A DNA stretch of 36,864 bases from Myxococcota bacterium (GTDB lineage: Bacteria > Myxococcota > SpSt-1050): the NCBI GenBank assembly GCA_049969675.1, contig JBMFOP010000019.1, forward strand, positions 1 through 36,864. The letters run 5' to 3'. Below, piece by piece: positions 1 to 9,672 of the stretch (positions within the stretch are counted from its first letter, which is position 1; each line of letters opens with the position of its first letter). A model generated the notes under the pieces. The model was not told the origin of the DNA. It worked only from the letters and a program-made list of their open reading frames with translations, and did not search any database. A program made the position numbers and the translations under genes.

Positions 1-28
1 AATTTTATCAAATAGTCCAAAGTGCTTT

Positions 29-56
29 GTCCATTGTCAACAGTCCACGGTCCATA
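29..56. repeat. Four imperfect tandem heptamers (gtccatt-gtcaaca-gtccacg-gtccata)
   Basis: Read directly from the sequence; 7-bp period. Confidence 0.6.
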
Positions 57-149
57 GTTGTTTGTTCTGTGATTGTAATCATAATATGCAGTCTATTTTT
101 TTTCTGGCATTTCTTACAGATTAAAAAATTCACCTACCTGATTGAATTT

Positions 150-209
150 AATGCATTAAAAACCATCCCGCATCGCTTCGCTCCGCCATTTTGCTTAGAT
201 GAATCTCAA
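150..209 (+). repeat. Dispersed repeat family C, copy 1 (second copy 29502-29553, minus strand)
   Basis: aatgca..catcccgcatcgcttcgctccgc..agatgaatctcaa aligns with the reverse complement of 29502-29553 (aatgca..catcctgcttcacttcgttcagcagatgattcacaa), with a ~10-nt insertion. Confidence 0.55.
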
Positions 210-308
210 TTTATCAACTTTACAAACTGAATCAATTAAAATATGCCCATTACTGGTTGTTTTGGTTATTTTCCTTTTCTCTGATTGATGGTATTTCTGG
301 AGGATAGG

Positions 309-644
309 ATGAAGAAGAAGGTTGTTTTGATTATAGTTTTTGCACTGATTCTGACAATAGGGATTTTATATTTTGTAAGGGATAGAAAAAGTGGAGAAGG
401 ATTGCAGATAGAGAAAGGGGATGGTAGATTTGAGGTGATAGAGGGGAGTGATGGATTTGATGAAAAGTTTTACAGTAAAAAGGGAGATGAGATAGATAAG
501 GAGAAGGCGATAAGATATATAAACTCGGATATAGAGATAACAAGGCGTGCTATAGAGAATTTTAAGAATGATAGAGAGAGACAGAAGAGATATCAGAATA
601 GACTGATAAGACTTAATGAACTGAAAGAGAAACTAAATCAATAA
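309..644 (+). CDS. Small hypothetical protein with N-terminal membrane anchor
   Basis: ORF 285..644; ATG at 309 follows ggagga SD; MKKK + hydrophobic helix, then charged helical domain. Confidence 0.7.
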   Translation: MKKKVVLIIVFALILTIGILYFVRDRKSGEGLQIEKGDGRFEVIEGSDGFDEKFYSKKGDEIDKEKAIRYINSDIEITRRAIENFKNDRERQKRYQNRLIRLNELKEKLNQ

Positions 645-852
645 AACAATATTCGGACTGTTTAAAGCCACTTATAATTTTACCAAATTCCCCAGAACCT
701 GTTATAAAATATTTCGTGATCAATTCATTGTTTGCAATCAATTTATATAGGGTTGGATAGGAGATGTTTATATATTTGGATTGATATCTATCTATTACCT
801 GGATGGATATTAATTCTGATTTCCAATGGACATTGAATCCCTTAGATTTTGT

Positions 853-922
853 AATCGTAACTTCTACGAAAAATGCGCAGAAGATTTTTCAGGACTTTTG
901 GTTTCGGCTGTGCCGAGTTAGG
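853..922 (-). repeat. Dispersed ~70-80 bp repeat family A, copy 1
   Basis: Reverse complement cctaactcggcacagccgaaaccaaaa...aaaatcttctgcgcatttttcgtagaagttacgatt matches copies at 10419, 23132 and 35076. Confidence 0.8.
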
Positions 923-1016
923 AAGATAGTGTTTGGTCTGTGGCATTTCCAGGGTCGTCTGTTTCTGATTATACATCAATACTCAACTATCATCTGTATA
1001 CTGCGGATTTTTCAGT

Positions 1017-1781
1017 CTACTCCCCTCTTGCCAGCACAAATACAGCGACAGAGGAGGCACCATTTTTTAATAGCAGATCTGCACATATTGAGGAGGTAGC
1101 ACCGGTTGTATAGACATCGTCCACCAGCAATACCCTTTTGTCTTGAATCAGATTCTTCTTGCCCCTGTCAAATCCTATGGAGCCTTTAAGATTCCTCAAC
1201 CTTTTCTCTCTATCAAGCCCTACCTGCGAACGAGTAAAGCGGAGCTTCTTTAAGGCATTATATTCAACTGATAGACCAAGAGACCTTGATAGATGTGAGG
1301 ATATATATGCAGTTGGTGAGAAAGAGCGAATGAAATGTTTAATGAAATGTATTGGGACCGGGATGATAATCTCGGGATTGAAGCCTTTTAGTTCATTGAT
1401 TGTCCTGTCTATAGAATGAAGTGTCAGTGCCCTGCCAGAGAGTAGATGATGATTGTACTTAAAGGCCTTGATTGCATCTTTTATGGCCCCTCCATAGAGA
1501 AAGTGATATATCAATCTCTCAAAGGGCTTTGGATTCTTAATGCACTCTTCACATCTTGATTCACCTGTGAGACCTTCAAACCTAACCCCACAGATAGGGC
1601 AGAAGTTCTCTCCCCTTTCAAGAATAGATTCCTCACATATATTACAGAATATATCTGGATTCCCTTTATTCTCATCTGTAATTATAGTTTTACAACTTAT
1701 GCATCTAACAGGGAAGATAAAGCTAAACCAATCTCCTATCCGTTCATAAAAACTCTTATTATTTCTCCACTCCTCTATCAT
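1017..1781 (-). CDS. comF: ComF family protein (double zinc ribbon + phosphoribosyltransferase domain)
   Basis: CISC/CNIC/CPIC/CEEC zinc ribbons; PVPIH; LLVDDVYTTGAT PRT motif; ATG at 1781 preferred over the longer ORF start at 1814. Confidence 0.9.
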   Translation of the reverse strand: MIEEWRNNKSFYERIGDWFSFIFPVRCISCKTIITDENKGNPDIFCNICEESILERGENFCPICGVRFEGLTGESRCEECIKNPKPFERLIYHFLYGGAIKDAIKAFKYNHHLLSGRALTLHSIDRTINELKGFNPEIIIPVPIHFIKHFIRSFSPTAYISSHLSRSLGLSVEYNALKKLRFTRSQVGLDREKRLRNLKGSIGFDRGKKNLIQDKRVLLVDDVYTTGATSSICADLLLKNGASSVAVFVLARGE

Positions 1782-1920
1782 AGTCCCTTTGAGTAGTCTG
1801 ATATCTAATAGCACACAATTGATTGATTTTCAAAGGAGTAGGTGAGAATCTTTTTGAATTGAAAACTTTAGCCTTATTGAATATGTCCGTTGTCTCACTA
1901 ATTAACATAATAATAAGAAC

Positions 1921-2364
1921 CACATCTGTCCAAAAAGCAAAGCCGTTTAGATGGACATATAATGAAAGCCCTTATTTGGTATTATGAGATAAAACACTAT
2001 CAAATTACTTTGCAGTTGGTGAAGCAAATTCTAAAAGATATTTTCAAAGTATGTGGTTTTTATAATTAGGTGATAGTGATAAGGGCAGAAATAGGCATCA
2101 AATAGATTAAGTTTTTGGGGGCAACCTGTAGCGATGTTCAGTTATAATCTCTAAATACAGGGATAGCACAATAAACTTTTTAATAAGTTGCCTATTGTGA
2201 TTGATATAGAGCAACTAACATTGAGGGGTATTTAAGTTGGACAGCATTTTAATAGATATTGAAGAAAGGTGTTAAACTGATTTTGAAGATATGGATTTAA
2301 TAGTCCATAATCCTTATTTTACAAACAGTTAACTTCTCAAATCAGATTATTCTGGACAGCAGTG
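1921..2364. mobile_element. Possible non-autonomous element or IS scar bounded by imperfect inverted repeats (family B)
   Basis: Left CACATCTGTCCAAAA (1921); right TTCTGGACAGCAGTG (2350-2364, reverse complement CACTGCTGTCCAGAA); no ORF inside; no target-site duplication seen. Confidence 0.45.
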
Positions 2365-2602
2365 GCTTTCTATATTTTGTTAAGTCATAAGAAAAAATTA
2401 ATAAAGTGGGTAATTGTGCTATCTATAGGGATAATAAGTGTAAAAAGTGATTTAAGAATTATGATGGATTACAAAATAGAGAAATTTATATGTAATAGTG
2501 GGGATGTCTTACTTATCACTTCATCAGATCAATGGAATAACATTCAAAAATTTATTCTTTACAGATGTGATACTCTGGATAAAAGGCTGGTATTTTAAAC
2601 CC

Positions 2603-3445
2603 TTATTTTAAATAAATATCGCCAGTTATTCTCTCATATTCTTCAAGGATTGCGTCTATTAAAAGGTCTATATGATAGTTTGCATAGTACCTCTTCCCAT
2701 TTATAAAAAATGTGGGTGTGGCATCAACACCGTTCCTGAGTCCTTCCTTCTTTGATTTCTCAAGATATTTTTTTGTCTCGGGGTCTTTTGAAATCTCTTC
2801 AAACTTCTTTATATCAAGATCCACTTCTGCCGCATATTTATTCAATCTTGGTAGAGAGAAACCTGCAAAATCTTCCTGCAACTTTATAAGATAGTCATAA
2901 AATTTCCCCATCTTTGCGGCTGCGACCATCGCTATACCTCCCTCAACTGAATATTCGTGTGATTTTAATGGGAAAGGTCTTACATATAATCTGGCTTTCC
3001 CCTTTAATCTACCTTCGGTTATCTCTTTATATAATTTGGGGGTGATGATTGCACAGAACGGACATCTTGCACAGATATAGGAGACAATTGTTACTTTTGC
3101 ATCTTTTTCACCCACCATAAACATATCATCCAGATCAACTTCTATCTTTTTTAGTTGTGCAGACATTGACTTTGCCCTATTTTGAATCTCGGTCTTTATC
3201 TGATCATCTTTCAACTTCTCTATAATAAGTCTACAAATTTCATCCTGAATTCTTACAGCAACTCTGCAGACCTTCTCTTTTTTAAGGCAGGCTTCAACGC
3301 TCTCATCACAGCAGTCATAAAGATTTATCTCTTTTATTAATTTATCTACTCGCGCCTTCTCCTCACCAGAAAGCTTTGAGCATATAGAATCGGCAAATAA
3401 TATATTGGGTAATAAAAGGATGATTAAATAAAATATCCTCTTCAT
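2603..3445 (-). CDS. Exported DsbA/thioredoxin-fold oxidoreductase with Cys-rich N-terminal domain
   Basis: Signal peptide; CARCPFC active site; FPLKSH; GVDATPTFFING cis-Pro motif; N-terminal YDCC..C..C..C. Confidence 0.85.
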   Translation of the reverse strand: MKRIFYLIILLLPNILFADSICSKLSGEEKARVDKLIKEINLYDCCDESVEACLKKEKVCRVAVRIQDEICRLIIEKLKDDQIKTEIQNRAKSMSAQLKKIEVDLDDMFMVGEKDAKVTIVSYICARCPFCAIITPKLYKEITEGRLKGKARLYVRPFPLKSHEYSVEGGIAMVAAAKMGKFYDYLIKLQEDFAGFSLPRLNKYAAEVDLDIKKFEEISKDPETKKYLEKSKKEGLRNGVDATPTFFINGKRYYANYHIDLLIDAILEEYERITGDIYLK

Positions 3446-3912
3446 AAAGAAATCCTCTCTTTCTTAAAAGTTAAAAGTGGTCTTTTATCAAATAACAATA
3501 CATATAAAGCAATTAAAAGCCAGATTAAATCCCTGATAACAGTCTTGTATGAGATTGAGTCTTCCTCTATGCTCTGTGAGGCAAAGCATCCACAACTTGC
3601 ATTAATACCTTTCTGAATCGCAATAATCAGGGCAATTAAGAAGATAGTCATCATCGCAGATATAAGGAGTGCTCCCTCTTTCTGAAAAGGACCAATAATG
3701 ATCAGGATTCCAGATATTATCTCTATATACGGAAGTACTATCGCCATCAAATTTACAAGATATAATGGTAATATATCATAGGTAGCTATATCTATTGCAA
3801 AGCTCTCTGGATTTGCAATCTTATGTATAGAGGCATAAATAAAGACCGCACCAATATAGATTCTGAGAATAAGAGATAGATAACTATTGTATTTACTCTC
3901 AAAGAATCTCAT
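3442..3912 (-). CDS. MauE/DoxX family membrane protein
   Basis: LRIYIGAVFIYASIHKI, LPYIEI, SCGCF motif, RD near C-terminus; 4 TM segments. Confidence 0.88.
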   Translation of the reverse strand: MRFFESKYNSYLSLILRIYIGAVFIYASIHKIANPESFAIDIATYDILPLYLVNLMAIVLPYIEIISGILIIIGPFQKEGALLISAMMTIFLIALIIAIQKGINASCGCFASQSIEEDSISYKTVIRDLIWLLIALYVLLFDKRPLLTFKKERISL

Positions 3913-4382
3913 CTGTTTAACTCTTTTACTCCGCCTTTTAAGAAAAAAACATTATTTATCCCATTTGTGGCAAGCTCTTTTGCAAGCTCTTTCCCACTAT
4001 CAGGCTCACCTCCATCTCCATACACCAGAACATATCTTCTCTTTTGATTTATTATCTCCTTTATCTTTATCGGGCAGACAGGTGTAAGAAAGTCATATTC
4101 AATATTGATTGCGTCCTTAAAATGCCATTTCTCATAATCGGCTCTACTCCTTGCATCTACTTTAATCGATTCACTTTCCATTTTTAAAAATTCATCTACC
4201 GTTATCTCCTTAATCTCTCCTTTTGTATCTGGACAGGGGACATATATCTCGTAATGCCTTGTCGCAAAAAATGGAATCCTATGAGGATGGATAAAGTTAA
4301 TTATTACTGATGATATAGTGACAATAAGTGCAATAATGATTGAGTTTCTAACCAGTCTTATAAAGCCCTTCAGTCCTTGCAC
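3909..4382 (-). CDS. Membrane-anchored rhodanese-like domain protein (catalytic Cys absent)
   Basis: VDARSRADYEKWHFKDAINI, VLVYGDGG, LKGG; N-terminal TM helix. Confidence 0.8.
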   Translation of the reverse strand: MQGLKGFIRLVRNSIIIALIVTISSVIINFIHPHRIPFFATRHYEIYVPCPDTKGEIKEITVDEFLKMESESIKVDARSRADYEKWHFKDAINIEYDFLTPVCPIKIKEIINQKRRYVLVYGDGGEPDSGKELAKELATNGINNVFFLKGGVKELNR

Positions 4383-5887
4383 TGAGAACCTCTTTGAATA
4401 GACTCATTCTCTTTTAATATCTCCATCAGGTTTTGTAAATTATTTTCTCCAGGTTTTTTCTTATAATAATCCTTTTCAAAATCGTATTGATATTTGATTT
4501 CTATGTCCCTCCTCTCATTTTTTAGATTTAGACTGATCCCCAGAATTATCCTATGGTCATTGAAATTAAAGGTATCAATCAGGGAGTCTCTGTATGAGAA
4601 TGTATAAGATAGATAAAGGGATAAATATTTCCAGATCTCATATTGAACCTCAAGATTATACCTTAATAGTTTATCTTCTCTTATCTTTGCCTCCTTAAAG
4701 TATCCTGTAGAGTTATAAAAATCATCAAAACTGAGACTCAATATCTGAGCGAGCCCAAGTCCCCTCATAATCTTATAGTCCAGTTTGAGTAGAAAAGATT
4801 CTCCGATGTCATCATATCCTGTTGAATTTGCTTCATAATATCTAAAAGTAAATAATGTAATCAATTGAGCCTTCTCTGTGAGATTCTTTAAATAACCTAC
4901 CCCTCCATCATACTCCCACCTACCACGCACAAATTCATCAAAGTATCTTCTACCTGCTCCAAAAAATAATATATATCTGTTCAGGAAATTCATATAGAGT
5001 TCAAGCCTGTGCCCTTCAAAGAACTGGATTGGTGCACTCTCATATTCAGTATCAATATTTAAGAACATCGTATCAAATTTATATTTGATTATAGTCTGCA
5101 TCTTATTTGTTGTATATTCAAAGGCTGGTATCAGAATTATTGTATTACTACTTAGATTATCAGGGGAGAATTTGCCATTATTATTAAAAAACTTTGTCCC
5201 CTTTAACTCAGAGTCAATTCCCAATGAGATATTACCTGAGATAACCCTTTTTAGACCCAGTCCTATCGAATAGTCAGCAATTGTAGAATCAGAATCGCTA
5301 TACTGATATGTATCAAGGGGGTTGCTTGAAAAGGCATTGGTAGTATATCCAAACCCACTCTTAAATCTCAGATTGACCCTATTTAATTCCCTATGCCCCG
5401 CTGAATATATAAGAAAGAGTCTGTAATCTTCTGGATAAATACCCTTTATATCACCCAATTCCCTCTCTTCTGAAATTGCTTTAATAAGCGCAAATCTTGA
5501 ATACAACTCCTCCGATTTAATGTCCCCCTCTTTACAGAGAGATAGAGATTCCTTCAATGCATCTTTATCTTTTAGCATAAAATCAATGTAGGCGATATAG
5601 CCCGCTATCTCACAGTCGGGATTATTCAGATAATATCTGGTAAGCAGATTCTTTGCATAAAGGTAGTTTTGGTTAAGTAGATATGCCTTTGTTAGAATGA
5701 TTACAAATTCCCTCTCATCCTTAAGATTATCAGAGCACTTTTTTATTACATTTAGTAAATCATCCTTATTAGAAATGTCTTTTATTTTTTCCTTAAGGCT
5801 CTGGATATTTTCGCAATGACTTTTTACTTCGGCATCTATGTTTGAGCAGAATAATAAGAATATTAGTGCAAAGACAATCCTCTTCAT
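4370..5887 (-). CDS. Outer-membrane protein: helical/TPR-like N-terminus + beta-barrel
   Basis: Signal peptide; helical TPR-like region; alternating aromatic beta strands from GFGYTTN to HRIILGISLNL; extra C-terminal tail. Confidence 0.7.
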   Translation of the reverse strand: MKRIVFALIFLLFCSNIDAEVKSHCENIQSLKEKIKDISNKDDLLNVIKKCSDNLKDEREFVIILTKAYLLNQNYLYAKNLLTRYYLNNPDCEIAGYIAYIDFMLKDKDALKESLSLCKEGDIKSEELYSRFALIKAISEERELGDIKGIYPEDYRLFLIYSAGHRELNRVNLRFKSGFGYTTNAFSSNPLDTYQYSDSDSTIADYSIGLGLKRVISGNISLGIDSELKGTKFFNNNGKFSPDNLSSNTIILIPAFEYTTNKMQTIIKYKFDTMFLNIDTEYESAPIQFFEGHRLELYMNFLNRYILFFGAGRRYFDEFVRGRWEYDGGVGYLKNLTEKAQLITLFTFRYYEANSTGYDDIGESFLLKLDYKIMRGLGLAQILSLSFDDFYNSTGYFKEAKIREDKLLRYNLEVQYEIWKYLSLYLSYTFSYRDSLIDTFNFNDHRIILGISLNLKNERRDIEIKYQYDFEKDYYKKKPGENNLQNLMEILKENESIQRGSQCKD

Positions 5888-5890
5888 ATC

Positions 5891-6745
5891 TCATTTATCC
5901 TTACAACACCTAAATCCCTTTGCAGATGGCCCCCAGGTCGCATCGTAATCACATCTATGTAAACTCTCTGAATCTCCACAATTATATGCACCGCCCCTAA
6001 AGTGTTCATAGCCATCTTCTGTATCAACGAGTTCCCATACATTCCCATTGAGATCATAAACACCATATTCATTTACACAATTATCAAATGAGCCAGTCGG
6101 CATAACTCTAAAGGCAGCCCCACAGGGACCACCACCCTCTGAGGACTTCTCACTATAACAATGAGGATACGGGCAATGAGAAAGAGATGAACATTCAGAG
6201 GAATTACATTCACAGAATGCATCTATCCCATTGCAGATTATAGGGTCATATTTATTCCCATAAGAATATATTCTTTCATCTTTTCCTGCACAGGCAAAGT
6301 ACCATTCTTTTTCGGTGCACAATCTCTTCCCCGCATTTTTACATGCATTATTTGCCTCCAAATTATCCTTTATCTGCCATGGAATAACGCCTCTTCTGGA
6401 TGTGGCATAAGAGTTATTTGTCCCGGCGGAACTTTCTGTTGCATCAGGTCTCGATGCCTCATATCTATCCATACAGAATGAATTTTCAATATTTGCCATA
6501 TCAGGGGGACAGATTAGACTCTGTTGAGAAGATGGGATACACCTATACTTCTGACATATAAAATTTGATGGGCAATCCGAATCATTTTTGCATTCGTAGT
6601 AACACTCCCCGTTATTCATATTGCATATCTTCCCATCTGAGCAGTCTTCATTTGAATAACACTTCTCTTTCACAAAGCAGGATGATAAGAATGCAAGTGT
6701 CAGCCCAATAAACAAAATCTGAAGTAATACGCTCTTCATCATCAT
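5891..6745 (-). CDS. Cys-rich lipoprotein with FGE-sulfatase/SUMF1 (C-lectin-like fold) domain
   Basis: Lipobox LSSC; two C-x4-DC repeats; FCMDRYEAS, KRLCTEKEW, GVYDLNGNVWE, RGG, GFRCC motifs; 26 Cys in 284 aa. Confidence 0.88.
   Translation of the reverse strand: MMMKSVLLQILFIGLTLAFLSSCFVKEKCYSNEDCSDGKICNMNNGECYYECKNDSDCPSNFICQKYRCIPSSQQSLICPPDMANIENSFCMDRYEASRPDATESSAGTNNSYATSRRGVIPWQIKDNLEANNACKNAGKRLCTEKEWYFACAGKDERIYSYGNKYDPIICNGIDAFCECNSSECSSLSHCPYPHCYSEKSSEGGGPCGAAFRVMPTGSFDNCVNEYGVYDLNGNVWELVDTEDGYEHFRGGAYNCGDSESLHRCDYDATWGPSAKGFRCCKDK
6568..6692. repeat. 125-bp exact direct repeat, copy 1 (copy 2 at 10134-10258)
   Basis: atgggcaatccgaatc...gcaggatgataagaat identical in both places. 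Confidence 0.95.
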
Positions 6746-6759
6746 CTCGATAAATCAAT

Positions 6760-7563
6760 CTATTTGATAACCAGATTTTTGTAAATCTCTCTCAGTTTTG
6801 TATCAAAGATATTAATAATTTCTGCCTCATATTTAGAAAGTGGCTTTACTGGTATAAGATCTATTACCTCTTCAAATGAAAGACCTGATTTAAAAAGGGT
6901 ATAAACTGCACCAGATATCATCTTAAAAATTGCCTCTTTTGCCTCCTCATCGCTCATCCCAAATTCTCTTCCCAGTTCAAATAGTCTCTTGAACTGAAAC
7001 CAGAGGTATGCAGGACCCATCCCGGTTATAACTGCATAAGCCTCAAGTATATCTTCATTTACCACTGGTGATTCACCTAACTTTGAGAAGAAATCTTTCA
7101 ATGTCTTACTTTCATCTGCGTCAATATTTTCACCAAAAGAGATCGGATTGAACCCTCTATTACAGTAAGTATTGGCATTTGGTATCATTCTTACAATCTT
7201 TGCATCATAACCAAGAAGTTCTCTAATCTGCTTAATGGTAAACTTAGGTGCAAGTGAGATAATTATGTTATCCTTCCTCAGCATATCCTTTATCTGACTT
7301 ATCATATCCTTTATTACCTGGGGATGAACGGCGAGAAATAATAAATCTACATCAATCACTGATAGATTATCTCCAGTTGTCATCGTAATCTCTGCAAATC
7401 TCTCTTTGATTCCATTCAGAATTGTGGGGTTTACATCGGAGACCTTTATAACCTCTGGAAGGGCTGATGAATTTTTAAGTGCATTTAATATTATTCTTGT
7501 AATTCTTCCACCACCAATAAATCCAAGAGAATTGATCTTCATCTTGATTCTCCTATCTGTCAT
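6760..7563 (-). CDS. Pyrroline-5-carboxylate reductase-like NAD(P)-binding oxidoreductase
   Basis: GFIGGGRI Rossmann motif, LAVHP, IISLAP, RMIPN, ITGMGPAY; true start may be MKINS. Confidence 0.8.
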   Translation of the reverse strand: MTDRRIKMKINSLGFIGGGRITRIILNALKNSSALPEVIKVSDVNPTILNGIKERFAEITMTTGDNLSVIDVDLLFLAVHPQVIKDMISQIKDMLRKDNIIISLAPKFTIKQIRELLGYDAKIVRMIPNANTYCNRGFNPISFGENIDADESKTLKDFFSKLGESPVVNEDILEAYAVITGMGPAYLWFQFKRLFELGREFGMSDEEAKEAIFKMISGAVYTLFKSGLSFEEVIDLIPVKPLSKYEAEIINIFDTKLREIYKNLVIK

Positions 7564-7889
7564 TTATCAATATCTGGATATTTCTGTTTCAACTGCTTTT
7601 TGGCAAGCACAAGAATCTTATTTTTTACAATAAAGTCCCTTACAATATTCTCATCAGGGAAGTAAATCGCATTAAAGACACACCAGACTTTGCAGGATGT
7701 ACAGCCTACCATACATTGAAGAGGTCTTGCTACTATAGCTTTCATATTTATGATGTCAAAATCAAAGACATCTCTACCACAACTGGTTATACACATCCCA
7801 CAACCTGTGCATTTATCCACATTTATAATGGGTGCCCAACTTATCTTCTCTCGCGGGACTCCTTTCCACTTTGCGTATTTCTCATCCAT
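7560..7889 (-). CDS. 2x[4Fe-4S] ferredoxin-family protein
   Basis: CTGCGMCITSC and CMVGCTSCKVWC. Confidence 0.9.
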   Translation of the reverse strand: MDEKYAKWKGVPREKISWAPIINVDKCTGCGMCITSCGRDVFDFDIINMKAIVARPLQCMVGCTSCKVWCVFNAIYFPDENIVRDFIVKNKILVLAKKQLKQKYPDIDK

Positions 7890-8251
7890 TATTTCACCTC
7901 GCTGATAAGTTTTTTTATCGTATCAGTAGCCTGGTCTGTATTCATATTCCTTATATCAACTCCAAAGTGCTTTGCCTTATCAAAATTTGCCTTCTCAAAT
8001 GCATCTCTAAACATCTTCTTTTGCATTGAGATATCACATCCAGCCACAAAAAGATGAGTAATCTCATTGTCCTTTAAGAAGGATGAAAGAAAGATATCCC
8101 CATCGTCCGCACAAAGTTGTGGATGGAGTGCTACCATATCTACCAGCTTCTCTCTTCTAATCCTGTTGAGTATCTCCATCGTATTCATATCATGAAAAGA
8201 TGGACAGGTACCCTGACATACACACAATAATAAAGCCTTTTTCATAATCAT
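7889..8251 (-). CDS. Stand-alone heterodisulfide reductase subunit A N-terminal-like domain protein
   Basis: LCVCQGTC...HPQLC...VAGC...FRDA...VDIRN pattern resembles the HdrA N-terminal domain. Confidence 0.7.
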   Translation of the reverse strand: MIMKKALLLCVCQGTCPSFHDMNTMEILNRIRREKLVDMVALHPQLCADDGDIFLSSFLKDNEITHLFVAGCDISMQKKMFRDAFEKANFDKAKHFGVDIRNMNTDQATDTIKKLISEVK

Positions 8252-8457
8252 TCCTCCTCATCTCCAAAAAAGGTTATTGCCTCAAAATCACAGGCCCCCT
8301 TTGCACACCCTTTACAAAAATCCACACAATTATCTGGATTTGCCACAATCACCCTTTTATCCTCCACCTTGAATACATCGTGTGGACAGAAATCAAAGCA
8401 TTTAAGACAGGATGTACATTTTTCATAATTTATTATTGGATACCAATCTTTTGACAT
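8248..8457 (-). CDS. Small 2x[4Fe-4S] ferredoxin
   Basis: CTSCLKCFDFCP and CVDFCKGCAKGAC. Confidence 0.9.
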   Translation of the reverse strand: MSKDWYPIINYEKCTSCLKCFDFCPHDVFKVEDKRVIVANPDNCVDFCKGCAKGACDFEAITFFGDEEE

Positions 8458-8469
8458 AAAATGACCTCC

Positions 8470-9165
8470 TTAAAAAAATCTGAATACGTAAGTTGCTACA
8501 AGATAGACGCCGACGAGTATAAATACCACACCAGTGAAAATCCTCATATACTTCTCTATTTTCGACAGATCTTTGATGAATCTATTTATCAGATTGCTTC
8601 CTAAAACCGTAAGAATAGCAAATGCAAGCACCGGTACTGCTGTCCCTATTCCAAACAACAAAGGAACAATAAGTGCAGAATTTGCCTTAATAGAGATAGG
8701 GATTACTGTCCCAAAGAAGATCGCTGCTGATATAGGACAGAAGGCAAGGGCAAATACCATTCCTAGTAGAAGTGAGCCTACAAGTCCGAGATTCTTATAT
8801 TTCTTCCTCTTCTCCTTATCCATCTGAAGACCGGGTATCTTTATTCTAATCAGGTCAAGTAGTGCCATTCCAGCAACTATCATAATTATACCCAGAATCT
8901 GGTTCCCAATGTTTTGAAGATTATTGGATATACTTGAAATCCCCACAAAAGCCTTTACTACAATAAAGCAGATAAGTATATATGATAGACTTCTTCCAAT
9001 GGCATAAAGCAACCCGGATAAAAATGTTATCAGTTTATTGGCAAGTTTCTGAGTTACAAAGGATATCATTGCAATATTTGTAGAGAGTGGACATGGGGAG
9101 ATTGAACTCAAGAGCCCGACCCAAAAACCTGTGATAGAAAACATCAAAAGTTCATTCATAATCAC
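8470..9165 (-). CDS. CcdA/DsbD-like membrane protein (ArsG-like family)
   Basis: SISPCPLSTNIA and ALAFCP Cys pair; 6 TM segments; context next to ArsR and a thioredoxin-like gene. Confidence 0.8.
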   Translation of the reverse strand: MIMNELLMFSITGFWVGLLSSISPCPLSTNIAMISFVTQKLANKLITFLSGLLYAIGRSLSYILICFIVVKAFVGISSISNNLQNIGNQILGIIMIVAGMALLDLIRIKIPGLQMDKEKRKKYKNLGLVGSLLLGMVFALAFCPISAAIFFGTVIPISIKANSALIVPLLFGIGTAVPVLAFAILTVLGSNLINRFIKDLSKIEKYMRIFTGVVFILVGVYLVATYVFRFF

Positions 9166-9659
9166 ATCTCCTTCATTAATGCATCTATCTCAGATTTTAC
9201 ATAGTTCTTAAAACCTTCTTCATTGTATATCAGTTGCCATATTTCGGTGAGATTCTTAAATTTTACCTCCTTTCCATCTTTTATCAATGCGATAATAAGC
9301 GATTTTGAAAAAAGCTGATAATCCTTAATAAAATGACTATGCTCTGGTTCATCTGTGTTTATCACAAGAAATTTCATCTTCCCCGAATCCAGTTCATTCC
9401 TGTAAAATGTCTCCATTGCTTCTTTTGAGAGCCTCTCTGCCTTCATACAGGATTGACATCTTCTCGTTGTGTGAAAGTAATAGACAATGATTCCATTCTG
9501 AATACCCATAGCGTTAACGGTACTCTTTTCTAAGGATGCGGATCTTATGCCTTTCTGCTGATCACCATTGCCCCCTCTAATTGCATTTACAATAATGACT
9601 ACAATTGCTGCCACCACAATTGCACCGAGAATGATTGATACAATCTTCTTTGCGTTCAT
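9162..9659 (-). CDS. Membrane-anchored thioredoxin-like protein (ArsF-like family)
   Basis: VYYFHTTRRCQSC motif; N-terminal TM; KNLTEIW. Confidence 0.8.
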   Translation of the reverse strand: MNAKKIVSIILGAIVVAAIVVIIVNAIRGGNGDQQKGIRSASLEKSTVNAMGIQNGIIVYYFHTTRRCQSCMKAERLSKEAMETFYRNELDSGKMKFLVINTDEPEHSHFIKDYQLFSKSLIIALIKDGKEVKFKNLTEIWQLIYNEEGFKNYVKSEIDALMKEM

Positions 9660-9672
9660 AAAAACTCCTTTA

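Noticed and set aside
803..1099. Short ORFs 27..230, 803..1099, 2362..2598, 10295..10486, 29388..29624, 31176..31379
   Set aside because: They overlap repeats or real genes, and have no SD or recognisable motifs.
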